64,000 bases of DNA from Nitrospirales bacterium (GCA_963555755.3 OY820905.2:4480001-4544000); one strand, 5' to 3'; numbered from the stretch's first letter, positions 1 through 10,119 are shown. Program-made: numbers and translations. Notes: generated from the letters alone by a model not told the origin.

Positions 1-76
1 GCCTGCCTCGTTACGACAGGGACTGGCTCAGGTCCTTGAGGGGAAGAAGCTGGGGGCTTCGCCACAGGTACTGCTA

Positions 77-2014
77 GTGGGAAATGCCATTGAGTGGTCT
101 GCCGTCCAGGCTCTGATCTTTCGACAACATGGCTGGTCGGTTGGGGAATGCCAAGGGGCGAGTGATGTTGCGTCGTACATTGCGGCCCATTCCCCCGATC
201 TCATCGTCATCCATCACCCTGTCCTGGAACACACGAGTTTGCAGTGGGTGCCTGAGTTAAAAAGACAGTCGTCGTCCGCCAGAATATTTGTGGCCACAGC
301 CGATCCAGAATCACAGTTAGCCTTGGAGTTCCTCCAGTACGGTGCAAACGAATTCGTGCGCGGATATCTTAACCAAGCCTCTCTTGATGTGTTGTTCCCC
401 AAGGTGGAGCACGAACGAGTCGGCTACCGTAGGTCATGGGAAGGTAGAGACGTTTCATCAGGTCCCAGTCAATCTACCGAGGAAATCAAAAAATTTCTCC
501 GTGAGTTCGACGAGATCGTGATCCTGACCGATGATGAGGGAGTGATTGTTGATATCAATGCCTATGGGAGTCGAGTCCTCGATTGGCCGGTTGAAGAAAT
601 CCGTGGACATACGTTGACGATGCTTGAACCCTCTGGACCGTTGAATTGGCCTTCTTCCGTGCAGGGTGTTGGGCAACACCGGGAGACTCGGTTTCGGACT
701 CGAGGGGGTGCGACCATAGAGCTGCTGGTCTCTGGCTATCCGGTGTGTTGGAACGATGGAGTCAGGTGTATTCTTGTGGCGAAAAACGTACAAGAACTGG
801 CTTTTCTCCGAACTGAAGTGCAGAGATTACAGGAGCAGGTGGAGCAATTACAAGAACTGGAGTCAGTCGGAAAGCTGGCGGGAGGCATTGCCCATGATGT
901 CAATAATATTCTGACGGCCATTCAGGGGCATGCCAGTCTCCTCGCGCATAAAGGATCCACGGATACTTCGATCCAACAACCTGTGAAAGTCATTCGTCAA
1001 GCGGTTCATCGCGGACAAGAGCTGACGGCACAACTTCTCGGTACGGCACGGCGAGAGAACGAACGTCGATCGTCTCTCAACGTGCATGACACGATTGAAG
1101 AAGTGCTTGCCCTCCTCTCTGGCGATCGGGCCAATGGAATTCAGATTACCAGAGAATTTGAGGCTCGAGATTCCTGGATCAAGGGGAATGCCCGGCAACT
1201 GCATCAGGTCTTGTTAAACCTTATCGTGAACGCCTGTGATGCCATGCCGGAAGGGGGAACGATCACGATTGCCACGGTTTCCTATTTACAAGGAGACCTC
1301 ACTGGTCACCAGGCCTTCCCTCTTCAAGGACATCCCTTTTTAGAAATTCGTGTGACGGACTCAGGATGTGGTATCCCGGATGAACTCCGACAGGCTGTGT
1401 TTGAGCCATTTTTTTCGACCAAACCTTCTACGAAGGGATCGGGAATGGGGTTAGCCATCGTCAAAGAGATCGTGGAAGCGCATGGTGGTCGAATCACCAT
1501 GTCCAGCCAGGTCAATCACGGCACGTCCTTTCACCTCTATTTCCCACAAGTCCAACAGACTCAGTCTGATCTGATCCACTTGCCCACTGTGTTGGGGAGG
1601 CCCAATCCAAGAATTCTTGTTGTGGATGATGAGCCCCTTGTCGTGGAAACCACAGCGGAAATGTTGCGACTCTTTGAATGCGAACCGCGGGTTGTTCCCA
1701 GTGGTGAAGAGGCGATTGCATGGTATCGAGAACATCCCGACGAGATTGACTTGATTGTGTTGGATCTCTCCATGCCGTCGATGAGTGGGGAAGATTGTTT
1801 CCAAGGACTTCGGGCGATTAACCCCTCGGTGAAGGTGGTGTTTGCCAGTGGGGCTGAGAAATTTTTTCCCGTTCAACAGCTCATCGACGACGGTTTGGCA
1901 GGGTTTGTGCAAAAGCCTTTTGATGTTGAGGATTTGTCTCAGGCCCTCAAGAAGGTGTGCGTGAACGATCGGGAAGATGCTTCGTATGCCCTGTCCGGTC
2001 TTTCGGCAACATGA
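77..2014 (+). CDS. Hybrid sensor histidine kinase/response regulator (receiver-like, PAS, HisKA, HATPase, REC); frame is open back to the window edge so it may be 5'-truncated
   Basis: H-box LAGGIAHDVNNILTAI, N-box QVLLNLIVNACDAM, G-boxes DSGCGI and GSGMGL, C-terminal ILVVDDE...DLSMP...KPF. Confidence 0.93.
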   Translation: MGNAIEWSAVQALIFRQHGWSVGECQGASDVASYIAAHSPDLIVIHHPVLEHTSLQWVPELKRQSSSARIFVATADPESQLALEFLQYGANEFVRGYLNQASLDVLFPKVEHERVGYRRSWEGRDVSSGPSQSTEEIKKFLREFDEIVILTDDEGVIVDINAYGSRVLDWPVEEIRGHTLTMLEPSGPLNWPSSVQGVGQHRETRFRTRGGATIELLVSGYPVCWNDGVRCILVAKNVQELAFLRTEVQRLQEQVEQLQELESVGKLAGGIAHDVNNILTAIQGHASLLAHKGSTDTSIQQPVKVIRQAVHRGQELTAQLLGTARRENERRSSLNVHDTIEEVLALLSGDRANGIQITREFEARDSWIKGNARQLHQVLLNLIVNACDAMPEGGTITIATVSYLQGDLTGHQAFPLQGHPFLEIRVTDSGCGIPDELRQAVFEPFFSTKPSTKGSGMGLAIVKEIVEAHGGRITMSSQVNHGTSFHLYFPQVQQTQSDLIHLPTVLGRPNPRILVVDDEPLVVETTAEMLRLFECEPRVVPSGEEAIAWYREHPDEIDLIVLDLSMPSMSGEDCFQGLRAINPSVKVVFASGAEKFFPVQQLIDDGLAGFVQKPFDVEDLSQALKKVCVNDREDASYALSGLSAT

Positions 2015-2038
2015 GGGAAGGAATCTAACTTCTTGAAA

Positions 2039-2160
2039 GGGAACGTTGAAAAAAGCCGCCAGCGGCGTTCTCGCCATTTTGCCGTGCTCACGTACTCCAT
2101 GTACGCTCCGCGCGTCAAAATGGGTGCGGCCTTGCTGGACGGACTTTTTTGAACATTCCC
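2039..2160. mobile_element. MITE-like element, family A
   Basis: Terminal inverted repeats GGGAACGTTGAAAAAAG / CTTTTTTGAACATTCCC; TGAAA on both flanks (2034-2038, 2161-2165); related copies at 29568 and 41911. Confidence 0.85.
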
Positions 2161-2166
2161 TGAAAG

Positions 2167-2661
2167 GTGAGTGACTCTATGGTGGAAATTGTGACGAGTC
2201 GATTCGGTCCTTTGGAGATCCCGGACGAAGATGTGCTCACGTTCCAAGCCGGATTGATCGGGTTTAGCCAACATACCCGGTTTTCCTTGCTTGGGGGGGG
2301 GCGAGGGCTAGGGTATGAATGGCTGCAATCTCTCGATGACGGGAATATCGCTTTTGTGGTGGTACAGCCTGGGTTAATCAAGCCGGATTATCATATCCAG
2401 ATTCAGGATGACGCCTTGCATGAAATCGAGTTCCAAGAAGGGGATGATGTGGTGGTATTATCGATCGTGACCATTCCGCCGAACGAACCTGAAAAAGCCA
2501 CCGTGAATTTGCAAGGGCCTCTGATCATCAATGCCACGCGGAATCGGGGAAAACAAATCATTCTCAACGAGTCATTTCCCATTCGGTATCCCTTAAATTC
2601 CGCTAAACCCGAGGTTGAGCAAGAAGTGGAAAATCCTGCGCAAACCGCAGTGAATACCTAG
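2167..2661 (+). CDS. fliW: Flagellar assembly factor FliW (anti-CsrA)
   Basis: TSRFG...GLIGF...WLQSLDD...ATVNLQGPLIIN...GKQIIL; directly upstream of csrA. Confidence 0.93.
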   Translation: MSDSMVEIVTSRFGPLEIPDEDVLTFQAGLIGFSQHTRFSLLGGGRGLGYEWLQSLDDGNIAFVVVQPGLIKPDYHIQIQDDALHEIEFQEGDDVVVLSIVTIPPNEPEKATVNLQGPLIINATRNRGKQIILNESFPIRYPLNSAKPEVEQEVENPAQTAVNT

Positions 2662-2722
2662 TGTAGATGGTGCGCTGAAGACAAGTATGAAATTTTGACG
2701 TTTGTCTGCCAAGGAGGGCGAC

Positions 2723-2977
2723 ATGTTAATTTTGACTCGCAAGGAAGGCGAAGGAATCCGTCTCGGGGACGATATTCGAATAGTGCTTGTCCAGTTGAGA
2801 GGCAATCAGGTGAGACTCGGGATCGAGTGCCCGAAAAACATGCGTGTGCTACGGGATGAATTGTATCAAGCGGTTTGCAAGGAAAACCTCGCGGCGATGG
2901 CTGCTGATCCGACGCATGTGCCAGATCTGACCATACATATCCTTCCGCAAACTTCCAATGATTCTCCGAATCCCTAG
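2723..2977 (+). CDS. csrA: Carbon storage regulator CsrA
   Basis: MLILTRKEGEGIRLGDDI...QVRLGIECP...VLRDELY; SD AAGGAGG before ATG 2723. Confidence 0.95.
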   Translation: MLILTRKEGEGIRLGDDIRIVLVQLRGNQVRLGIECPKNMRVLRDELYQAVCKENLAAMAADPTHVPDLTIHILPQTSNDSPNP

Positions 2978-3041
2978 TCTCGTTGCTCGTCTCTCGTCGC
3001 TCGAAAAAAATGAACCTACAGTCACCAGCGACTAGTGACTA
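2975..3041. repeat. Inverted heptamer-repeat array starting at the csrA stop
   Basis: (GTCTCGTT/GCTCGTC/TCTCGTC/GCTCG) left arm and CAGCGAC/TAGTGAC right arm; same family at 31531. Confidence 0.6.
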
Positions 3042-3192
3042 ATTTGCCTCCCGGTCAAATTTTCCTATCCCGTTTGAGTGGGACATCCTGTTCCTGGGTC
3101 GCGGGTGAGTGCCACTGCCCGTCAATTCACCGTTTGATGCTCGAATGACGTCAAGTCTGACAACGAATCTCACAAAACCAACAGAAAAAGTG

Positions 3193-3208
3193 TGGCACGG
3201 ATATTGGA
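3193..3208 (+). promoter_or_regulatory. Possible sigma-54 promoter of the pse operon
   Basis: TGGCACGGATATTGGA: consensus -24 TGGCACG with correct spacing, but -12 is GG rather than GC. Confidence 0.4.
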
Positions 3209-3255
3209 AGGTATCACCAAGAGAACCTGTTGCCTCAGGAAGGAGTGTCTCTGCA

Positions 3256-4332
3256 ATGGCCAAAAATTTATCGAGTCTCATCCAGCGAAATCTTCAGGGC
3301 AAGACCATTTTGTTAACGGGAGGAACAGGGTCATTTGGTCAACGGTTGACCAAGATCTTGGTCGAGCACTTCTCGTTTAAAGCCCTGAGGATCTTTAGCC
3401 GCGACGAGTTGAAACAGCACGATATGGCTCGCCAGTTCACTGATGATCGGATTCGGTTTTTTATTGGCGATGTGCGGGATGCGAGTCGAGTGGAACGAGC
3501 GGCGCAGGGGGCAAACGTGATTATTCACGCAGCCGCGATGAAACAAGTCCCGATCTGCGAATACAATCCGTTTGAAGCGGTACGGACGAACGTGCTCGGC
3601 GCCCAAAATCTCATTGATGCGGCGATTGATCAACATGTGCAACAAATTTTGGCCCTGAGTACGGATAAAGCGGTGAATCCGATTAACCTCTATGGCGCCA
3701 CAAAGCTCTGTGCCGAACGTATTTTTATTCAGGGGAATAGTTATGCTGGTACGCGGCCCACCCGGATGAGCTGTGTCCGTTATGGGAATGTGCTGGGAAG
3801 CCGTGGCAGTGTGGTGCCAATCTTCGAGTTTCAACGGAGCCAAGGCAACGTTACGGTAACGGATAAGCGGATGACGCGGTTCTGGCTGACATTGGATCAA
3901 GCGGCCTGGTTTGTATTGCGCTCCCTCACACTTGCCCGTGGTGGAGAAATCTTCGTGCCCAAAATCCCTAGTATTAGGATTTTGGATTTGGTTGAGGCTA
4001 TGGCGCCGGACTGTTCCATCCAATATATAGGGCTTCGGCCGGGAGAAAAGCTTCACGAAGTCCTGTTGACTGAAGATGAGAGTCGGCATGCGATGGAATA
4101 TGACGATTTGTTTACGATTCTTCCTGAATATCAATCGTGGCAGGGGCGGGCACGCGAAGGGACTGCGGGAAGACGCCGATCCCTTCCCGAAGGCTTCCGG
4201 TACAGCAGTGACAACAACACCCACTGGCTGTGCGTTCCCGAACTAAGAACTCTCTTAGTGCAAAATGGGTTTAGTACGGGAACCTTAGCGAACAAGAAGT
4301 CTCGCGGGTTGGTGGTGTATGCAAAAGTTTGA
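3256..4332 (+). CDS. pseB: UDP-N-acetylglucosamine 4,6-dehydratase (inverting) PseB
   Basis: TGGTGSFG, FSRDELKQ, HAAAMKQVP, STDKAVNPINLYGATK, RYGNVLGSRGSV, GLRPGEKLHE; SD before ATG 3256. Confidence 0.93.
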   Translation: MAKNLSSLIQRNLQGKTILLTGGTGSFGQRLTKILVEHFSFKALRIFSRDELKQHDMARQFTDDRIRFFIGDVRDASRVERAAQGANVIIHAAAMKQVPICEYNPFEAVRTNVLGAQNLIDAAIDQHVQQILALSTDKAVNPINLYGATKLCAERIFIQGNSYAGTRPTRMSCVRYGNVLGSRGSVVPIFEFQRSQGNVTVTDKRMTRFWLTLDQAAWFVLRSLTLARGGEIFVPKIPSIRILDLVEAMAPDCSIQYIGLRPGEKLHEVLLTEDESRHAMEYDDLFTILPEYQSWQGRAREGTAGRRRSLPEGFRYSSDNNTHWLCVPELRTLLVQNGFSTGTLANKKSRGLVVYAKV

Positions 4333-4337
4333 GGCTC

Positions 4338-5747
4338 ATGATTCCCTACGGACGGCACAGTATTGACGACGCTGACATCGCTGCAGTGGTGGATGTCTTG
4401 GCATCGGATTGGTTGACCACGGGGCCGACACTTGTCGAGTTCGAACAGGCGGTGGCCCATACGGTAGATGCACCAGAGGCTGTTGCTGTTTCCAATGGAA
4501 CCGCTGCGCTTCATTGCGCGATACATGCCATTGGATTGCAACCGGGAGATGAAGTCATTCTCCCGCCGCTCACGTTCGTGGCCACCGCCAATGCCATTGT
4601 GATGTGTGGGGGTGTGCCGGTGTTTTCCGATGTCGATCCCGAGACTCTGTTACTCGATCCTCAAGCCGTTGAAGAGAAAGTGACTCCTCGAACCAAGGCT
4701 ATCCTTGCGGTGGATTATGCGGGACAACCATGTGACTACCATGCGCTTCGTCATATTGCGAAGCGGCACGGGTTGGTCCTTATGGCTGACGCCTGCCACG
4801 CCTTAGGGGCTTCGCTTCATGGTTGCCCAGTGGGTTCGTTGGCTGACCTCACGATCTTTAGTTTTCATCCGGTGAAGGCCATGACCACAGGCGAAGGTGG
4901 AATGGTGGTCACGCAGCAACCCGAGTATGCCAACCGGATGCGAATCTTTCGCAACCATGGCATTACCACGGATCATCAAGAACGGTTGGCGAGACAGACG
5001 TGGGAATATCAGATGATCTGTTTGGGCATGAATTACCGATTGACAGATTTTCAATGTGCGTTGGGGCTGAGCCAGTTACGGAAACTTCAGAGGTGGGTCA
5101 TGCGTCGCCAGACCATTGCCTCTCAGTATGACAACGCTTTGGCCACTATTCCTGGGATTCATCCGGTCTTGGCCCGTTCTGGTGTGTCTCATGCCTACCA
5201 TTTGTATGTGATTCAGGTCGAGAAAGAAAAGTTTGGAGTAGACCGCGGCACCTTGTTTTCGTTACTGCGAGAACAAGGGATCGGCGTTCAGGTGCATTAC
5301 ATTCCCGTACATTTACAACCGTTTTATCAAAATCAATTTGGAACAGGTCCGGGGCTGTGCCCGATTGCAGAGGCAGCATACGAAAAGATGCTTTCCCTTC
5401 CGATTTATCCGTTACTTCAAGATCAAGAAGTTGATGGAATTGTTAACGCTATTCAAAAGGAGGCAAAAAGAATGTCAACGTTTAGTTTGAGTGATCCAAA
5501 CCTTAGCTCAAGCATTAGAGGGCTTTTCCTTTTCCGAATAGGTCAACGAGTATGTCCCCTTCACCAGGATGGGAGACCAGATCTTGGTAAGGTAGGGGAA
5601 GTCATTGATGGAGAATTAAAAGTTGCGAATCCTGAAAAAGCCGGGTCGCGTGGTGAGACCTATCAGGTCCGCTTAGAGAATGGTGAAGTTATAGCCCTAA
5701 ATTTTCCTGAAATAACTGAGGCCCCAGAAATGGTATCCCAGGCGTAA
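4338..5747 (+). CDS. pseC: DegT/DnrJ-family sugar aminotransferase PseC with an extra ~91-aa C-terminal domain
   Basis: MIPYGRHSIDDADI, SNGTAALH, DACHALGA, FSFHPVKAMTTGEGG, QVHYIPVH; tail starts at internal ATG 5472. Confidence 0.9.
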   Translation: MIPYGRHSIDDADIAAVVDVLASDWLTTGPTLVEFEQAVAHTVDAPEAVAVSNGTAALHCAIHAIGLQPGDEVILPPLTFVATANAIVMCGGVPVFSDVDPETLLLDPQAVEEKVTPRTKAILAVDYAGQPCDYHALRHIAKRHGLVLMADACHALGASLHGCPVGSLADLTIFSFHPVKAMTTGEGGMVVTQQPEYANRMRIFRNHGITTDHQERLARQTWEYQMICLGMNYRLTDFQCALGLSQLRKLQRWVMRRQTIASQYDNALATIPGIHPVLARSGVSHAYHLYVIQVEKEKFGVDRGTLFSLLREQGIGVQVHYIPVHLQPFYQNQFGTGPGLCPIAEAAYEKMLSLPIYPLLQDQEVDGIVNAIQKEAKRMSTFSLSDPNLSSSIRGLFLFRIGQRVCPLHQDGRPDLGKVGEVIDGELKVANPEKAGSRGETYQVRLENGEVIALNFPEITEAPEMVSQA

Positions 5748-5785
5748 GCTGTTCAATGTGCAAATGAATTTCCCAAAAGAAAATA

Positions 5786-6679
5786 ATGGTTCAGAAATTA
5801 AATCCTAGAAACATTTCTTTCGTCGCAGAAGTCTCAAGTAATCATCACCAAGACTTGGAGCGGTGTTTTTCGTTTATCGATCGCGCCGCTGCCATAGGAT
5901 GTGCGGCAGTCAAGTTTCAGTTGTTTAAAATACGCGAGCTCTTTGCACCTGCAGCATTCGAACACAATGAGGCGCTGTTGCGGCGGGAACAATGGGAATT
6001 GCCAGTGTCCTTCATCCCGCAATTGGCTGATCGATGTTGTCAACAACGCATTCAATTTTCTTGCACACCTTTTTATCTGGAGGCTGTGACGGAACTCGAA
6101 CCGTATATTGATTTTTACAAGGTCGCCTCATACGAGTTGTTGTGGGACGATTTGCTCAAGGCTTGTGCTCGAACTGGAAAACCCGTGGTGCTCTCCACGG
6201 GGATGGCGACACTCGATGAAGTGGTCCATGCCACAAGGATAGTGCGCGACGCCGGATGTCACGATCTGACGGTGTTGCACTGTGTCTCCGGGTACCCCGC
6301 TGCTCCCGATGAGTGCAATCTCTCCTGCATCGAGACACTCCGCGGACAGTGCGGATGTTTGGTTGGGTGGTCGGACCATACGGTCAACCCTGCGGTGATT
6401 CATCGCGCGGTGCATCGATGGGGCGCCACGATGGTGGAATTTCATTTGGACTTGGATCAACAGGGTGAAGAATATCAGTCTGGGCATTGCTGGCTTCCGG
6501 AAGAAATCGCTCCAGTGATTCAAAGTCTGGGCTGTGGTTTTGGTGCCGATGGGCATGGCGAAAAAGTGCCAACCGCCAGTGAGATGGATGAGCGCCAATG
6601 GCGTGCCGATCCTGTCGATGGTTTACGACCGCTTCAAGAAGTGAGGGAAGCATGGAAACAACCAGCCAGCGTCCTGTAG
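5786..6679 (+). CDS. Nonulosonic acid synthase (NeuB/PseI/SpsE family), short form without SAF domain
   Basis: VAEVSSNH, AVKFQ, KVASYE, LSTGMATLDEV, LHCVSGYP, GWSDHT, VEFH. Confidence 0.88.
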   Translation: MVQKLNPRNISFVAEVSSNHHQDLERCFSFIDRAAAIGCAAVKFQLFKIRELFAPAAFEHNEALLRREQWELPVSFIPQLADRCCQQRIQFSCTPFYLEAVTELEPYIDFYKVASYELLWDDLLKACARTGKPVVLSTGMATLDEVVHATRIVRDAGCHDLTVLHCVSGYPAAPDECNLSCIETLRGQCGCLVGWSDHTVNPAVIHRAVHRWGATMVEFHLDLDQQGEEYQSGHCWLPEEIAPVIQSLGCGFGADGHGEKVPTASEMDERQWRADPVDGLRPLQEVREAWKQPASVL

Positions 6680-7431
6680 CGATTGTGCAGGCTCGGATGG
6701 GCTCGACCCGCTTGCCGGGAAAAGTCATGCGATCTCTGATCGGGAGGCCAGTTCTCTGGCATGTCGTGGATCGTCTCCGGTTCTGTCAGAACATCGGTGC
6801 GATCGTCGTCGCCACGACAACTGAGCGGGAAGACGATGTTATTGATGAGTGGTGTTGTGCGCATTGGGTTCGATGCTTTCGTGGGAGCCAAGAGGATGTC
6901 CTCGATCGCTATTATCACGCCGCGAAGTTTTATCAGGCGGCTTCCATCCTTCGGATCACTGCAGATTGTCCGGCCCTCGATCCCGTGGTGGTTGATGAAT
7001 TGCTGAGCCAATATGAGGCCCATGCCTATGATGCTTGTGGATTAGCGGGAGGATTCCCTGATGGACTGGATTGTGAGGTGATGTCATTCTCTGCGTTAGA
7101 ACGAGCGTGGAAGGAAGCCGAGATGGCATCGGAGCGTGAGCACGTCACACCCTATATTCATGCACACCCTGATCTCTTTCGCGTGGGAAAATTTGAGCGA
7201 TTTTACAATCTTGCACATCATCGATGGACGCTTGACGAAGAACCGGATTTCCATTTTCTGGAGCGAGTGTTTCATCGCTTGTATCAGGAAGATCGCCCGT
7301 TTCTGACGTCGGATATTTTGGCCCTGTTAGAGCGTGAGCCTGCATTGATGGACATCAATCAAGGGATCACTCGAAACGAAGGCTATCTCCGATCCCTTCA
7401 ATCCGATTATCGTGTCGGTTCAAGGACCTGA
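6652..7431 (+). CDS. SpsF-like cytidylyltransferase (CMP-nonulosonate synthetase family)
   Basis: AIVQARMGSTRLPGKV, RGSQEDVLDRY, RITADCP, PDGLDCEV, REHVTPYI, RWTLDE. Confidence 0.88.
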   Translation: METTSQRPVAIVQARMGSTRLPGKVMRSLIGRPVLWHVVDRLRFCQNIGAIVVATTTEREDDVIDEWCCAHWVRCFRGSQEDVLDRYYHAAKFYQAASILRITADCPALDPVVVDELLSQYEAHAYDACGLAGGFPDGLDCEVMSFSALERAWKEAEMASEREHVTPYIHAHPDLFRVGKFERFYNLAHHRWTLDEEPDFHFLERVFHRLYQEDRPFLTSDILALLEREPALMDINQGITRNEGYLRSLQSDYRVGSRT

Positions 7432-7602
7432 GAGAAAATAACTTGGACATCTTGCATCCAATCTTCGGGCCGTCTTTGAACGGGCCTCAATCGAAAAACC
7501 CTCAACATAGCTGTGCTATGCCTCGGGTTTTTCTCAATCGTTCCGTCCAAATCCGACCCAAATCTTGGCGCGAGATTGTCCAAGATATTTTCTCTCAGGT
7601 CC
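7424..7602. mobile_element. MITE family B (3-bp TSD type)
   Basis: TIR GGACCTGAGAGAAAATAACTTGGAC / GTCCAAGATATTTTCTCTCAGGTCC; flanks CAA/TAA; near-identical copies at 41682 and 45054; supplies the spsF-like stop codon. Confidence 0.9.
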
Positions 7603-7614
7603 TAAGGGGTTAAT

Positions 7615-8973
7615 ATGGTTGCCCTTACTCATTCATCTCCTCTTGCGGTTTCTCCCGAACGGAAATCTTCCGGACAACGGTTGTATGACAAGGCCAAACG
7701 GCTGATTCCCGGGGGCACGCAATTGTTGTCCAAGCGGCCGGAATTAATTTTGCCGGAGCAGTGGCCTGTGTATTATGCCCAGGCGAAGGGCATTGACGTC
7801 ATCGATCTCGACGGCAACGTGTATAAAGATATGAGCCTCATGGGAGTTGGGGCCTGTGTGTTGGGCTATGCCGATCCTGAAGTCGATGGGGCGGTCAAAG
7901 CGGCGGTGGACCATGGCGTGATGTGTACGCTCAATGCACCGGAAGAAGTGGAATTAGCCGAATTATTGTGTGAACTGCATCCCTGGGCTCAGATGGTACG
8001 GTATGCCAAGACCGGTGGGGAAGCCATGGCCATCGCGGTGCGTATAGCACGGGCACATACCGCACGAGAGAAGGTGGCCTTTTGTGGCTATCATGGGTGG
8101 GCGGACTGGTACCTGGCTGCCAATCTTGGCGATGACGATGCGCTTGATGGTCATTTATTACCTGGCTTGGAACCAGCAGGGGTGCCCAGAGGGTTACGGG
8201 GGACAGCATTGCCCTTCCATTATAATCGGATCGATCAATTGCGAAAGATTGTGGATGAACATCGAGACGATGTGGCGGCGATTGTGATGGAACCGCAACG
8301 GGGCCAGAGTCCTGACCCCGGATTTCTGGAAAATGTTCGGGATCTCGCCAGACAAACCGGCGCGGTGTTGATCTTTGATGAAATTACCACCGGGTTTCGG
8401 ATGACCACCGGAGGCATTCATCTCCTGTTGGGGGTGGCGCCGGATATCGCGGTGTTCGCCAAAGGCATGGCGAATGGATATCCCATGGCTGCAATTCTTG
8501 GTACGTCGACGGTCATGGAGTCGGCGCAACGCACCTTCATCAGCAGTACGAATTGGACGGAACGAATCGGACCCGTGGCGGCGTTGGCCACCATTCGGAA
8601 GCATCGGCGCGAACACGTCGCCTCCCATCTGATCATGATTGGGAATATGGTCAAAATGGGATGGCGAAAGGCTGCGGAACATGTTGGGCTTCGAATCTAC
8701 TTGGAGGGCCTGCCGAGTTTAGCGCATTTTGGGTTTAACCATAGCGATCATATTAACCTGACGACATTGTTTTCCCAATTGATGTTGGAGAAGGGTTTCC
8801 TGGCTTGCGACCAGTTCAAACCGTCCTATGCCCATGAGATTGATGATATTGCCGAATATTTGGAAGCGGTATCGGATGCGTTCTTAACGATTGCCGAAGC
8901 CGTGGCCTGGGGTGATGTGGAGCGACACTTAAAAGGCCCTCCGGCGCAAAAAGGATTTTATCGTCTGACATGA
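7615..8973 (+). CDS. Class III PLP aminotransferase (GSA-aminomutase-like, glycan-cluster type)
   Basis: IPGGTQLLSKRPE, KTGGEA, CGYHGWADW, LIFDEITTGFR, PDIAVFAKGMANGYP. Confidence 0.88.
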   Translation: MVALTHSSPLAVSPERKSSGQRLYDKAKRLIPGGTQLLSKRPELILPEQWPVYYAQAKGIDVIDLDGNVYKDMSLMGVGACVLGYADPEVDGAVKAAVDHGVMCTLNAPEEVELAELLCELHPWAQMVRYAKTGGEAMAIAVRIARAHTAREKVAFCGYHGWADWYLAANLGDDDALDGHLLPGLEPAGVPRGLRGTALPFHYNRIDQLRKIVDEHRDDVAAIVMEPQRGQSPDPGFLENVRDLARQTGAVLIFDEITTGFRMTTGGIHLLLGVAPDIAVFAKGMANGYPMAAILGTSTVMESAQRTFISSTNWTERIGPVAALATIRKHRREHVASHLIMIGNMVKMGWRKAAEHVGLRIYLEGLPSLAHFGFNHSDHINLTTLFSQLMLEKGFLACDQFKPSYAHEIDDIAEYLEAVSDAFLTIAEAVAWGDVERHLKGPPAQKGFYRLT

Positions 8974-9033
8974 TGATGCAGACCGTGGTCATGTATCATT
9001 CCGTCATTCTCAACTATCGCAGAGTCAGAAGAC

Positions 9034-10119
9034 ATGGGCCAGGACACTTCACCAATCATTCTCATTCGATGTGATGGAAGTTATGATGTTGGCTTAGGGC
9101 ATGTGATTCGTTGCCTAGCGTTAGCAGATGAACTGTGTTCTGTTCATGAATGTCGGGTGAAGTTTCTTATGCGATATGGTCCTGAAGGAATTGATATGGC
9201 GCGAACTCACGGGTATTCCGTGCTCACGCCTGGGCATGAAATACAGGCACACGATATCACCTGGCCCCTCAGTCTGATTCGTCGTGCCCCAGTAGATATG
9301 GTGGTGTTTGATATTCGTGATGACTTTCCCCGACATGCGATGGACTCCTTGCGAGAAAGCGGAACGGTAGTAGCTGTGATCGATGATATCAGTCCCCGGT
9401 GTTTGTCAGCAGACTTGGGCTTTTTCCCGCCAGTGCCGCAACTCGACCGTATTGATTGGAGAGGAAGTCCTGGTCAGCGTTTTGTGGGGTGGGAGTGGGT
9501 GCTGTTACGGCGAGATATTCGAGAATTACAAAATGTGTCAAAACCCCAACAAGAAAAAGTGCAAGTTCTTGTGACCATGGGTGGAAGTGATCCGCATGGG
9601 TTTACGCTCAAAGCTATCCGGGCTTGTCAAAGGGTGAGGACGAACATTGAAGTGAAAGTCGTTCTTGGCCCGGGGTTTTCAGCTCACCAAGAATTGCAGA
9701 AACTCGTGAATGGGTTGAACGATCATATGCAAATTTATTCGAATATCAAAAATCTTCCGGAGCTGATTCATCAGTCTGATTTGGTCGTAGGGGCTTTTGG
9801 AAATACGGCCTATGAGGCTGCGGCCTTGAAACGATTTGGGATGTATCTGTGTGGAACACCGGACCATGTGGAATCCGCATCACGATATATGCAGGCAGGC
9901 TTTGGTGTGTCCTTAGGGCTGGGTAGTGAAGTGACTGATGAGCAGTTAGCCCTGGCAATCGGAAAATATTCGAACTCTTCGTTGGAGATTAGCATCGACC
10001 AACCAGGCACGAATGACAATTCAATTGATGGTTTAGGCGTGACCAGGATTGCGGAAAAACTCGTTCAGGAGATACATGGCTCGCGAAATGGAATCCAGCA
10101 GGCAGTGGCAGCAACATAG
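9034..10119 (+). CDS. pseG: PseG/SpsG-like UDP-sugar hydrolase (GT28-like fold)
   Basis: IRCDGSYDVGLGHVIRCLALA, LVTMGGSDP, IDGLGVTRIA. Confidence 0.82.
   Translation: MGQDTSPIILIRCDGSYDVGLGHVIRCLALADELCSVHECRVKFLMRYGPEGIDMARTHGYSVLTPGHEIQAHDITWPLSLIRRAPVDMVVFDIRDDFPRHAMDSLRESGTVVAVIDDISPRCLSADLGFFPPVPQLDRIDWRGSPGQRFVGWEWVLLRRDIRELQNVSKPQQEKVQVLVTMGGSDPHGFTLKAIRACQRVRTNIEVKVVLGPGFSAHQELQKLVNGLNDHMQIYSNIKNLPELIHQSDLVVGAFGNTAYEAAALKRFGMYLCGTPDHVESASRYMQAGFGVSLGLGSEVTDEQLALAIGKYSNSSLEISIDQPGTNDNSIDGLGVTRIAEKLVQEIHGSRNGIQQAVAAT

Noticed and set aside
1939..2274. Short ORFs overlapping repeats (also 29473-29819, 33405-33882, 41635-42100, 44917-45180, 58808-59005)
   Set aside because: They are translations of MITE sequence; the same peptides recur at each copy
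3331..4224. Long antisense ORFs (e.g. 297 aa opposite pseB, and others opposite fliC, lon and bamA)
   Set aside because: Shadow frames of well-supported genes with no recognisable motifs
7615..8973. hemL of tetrapyrrole synthesis
   Set aside because: Has PGGTQLLSKR and YHGWADW rather than PGGVNSPVR and YHGH; sits in a sugar cluster
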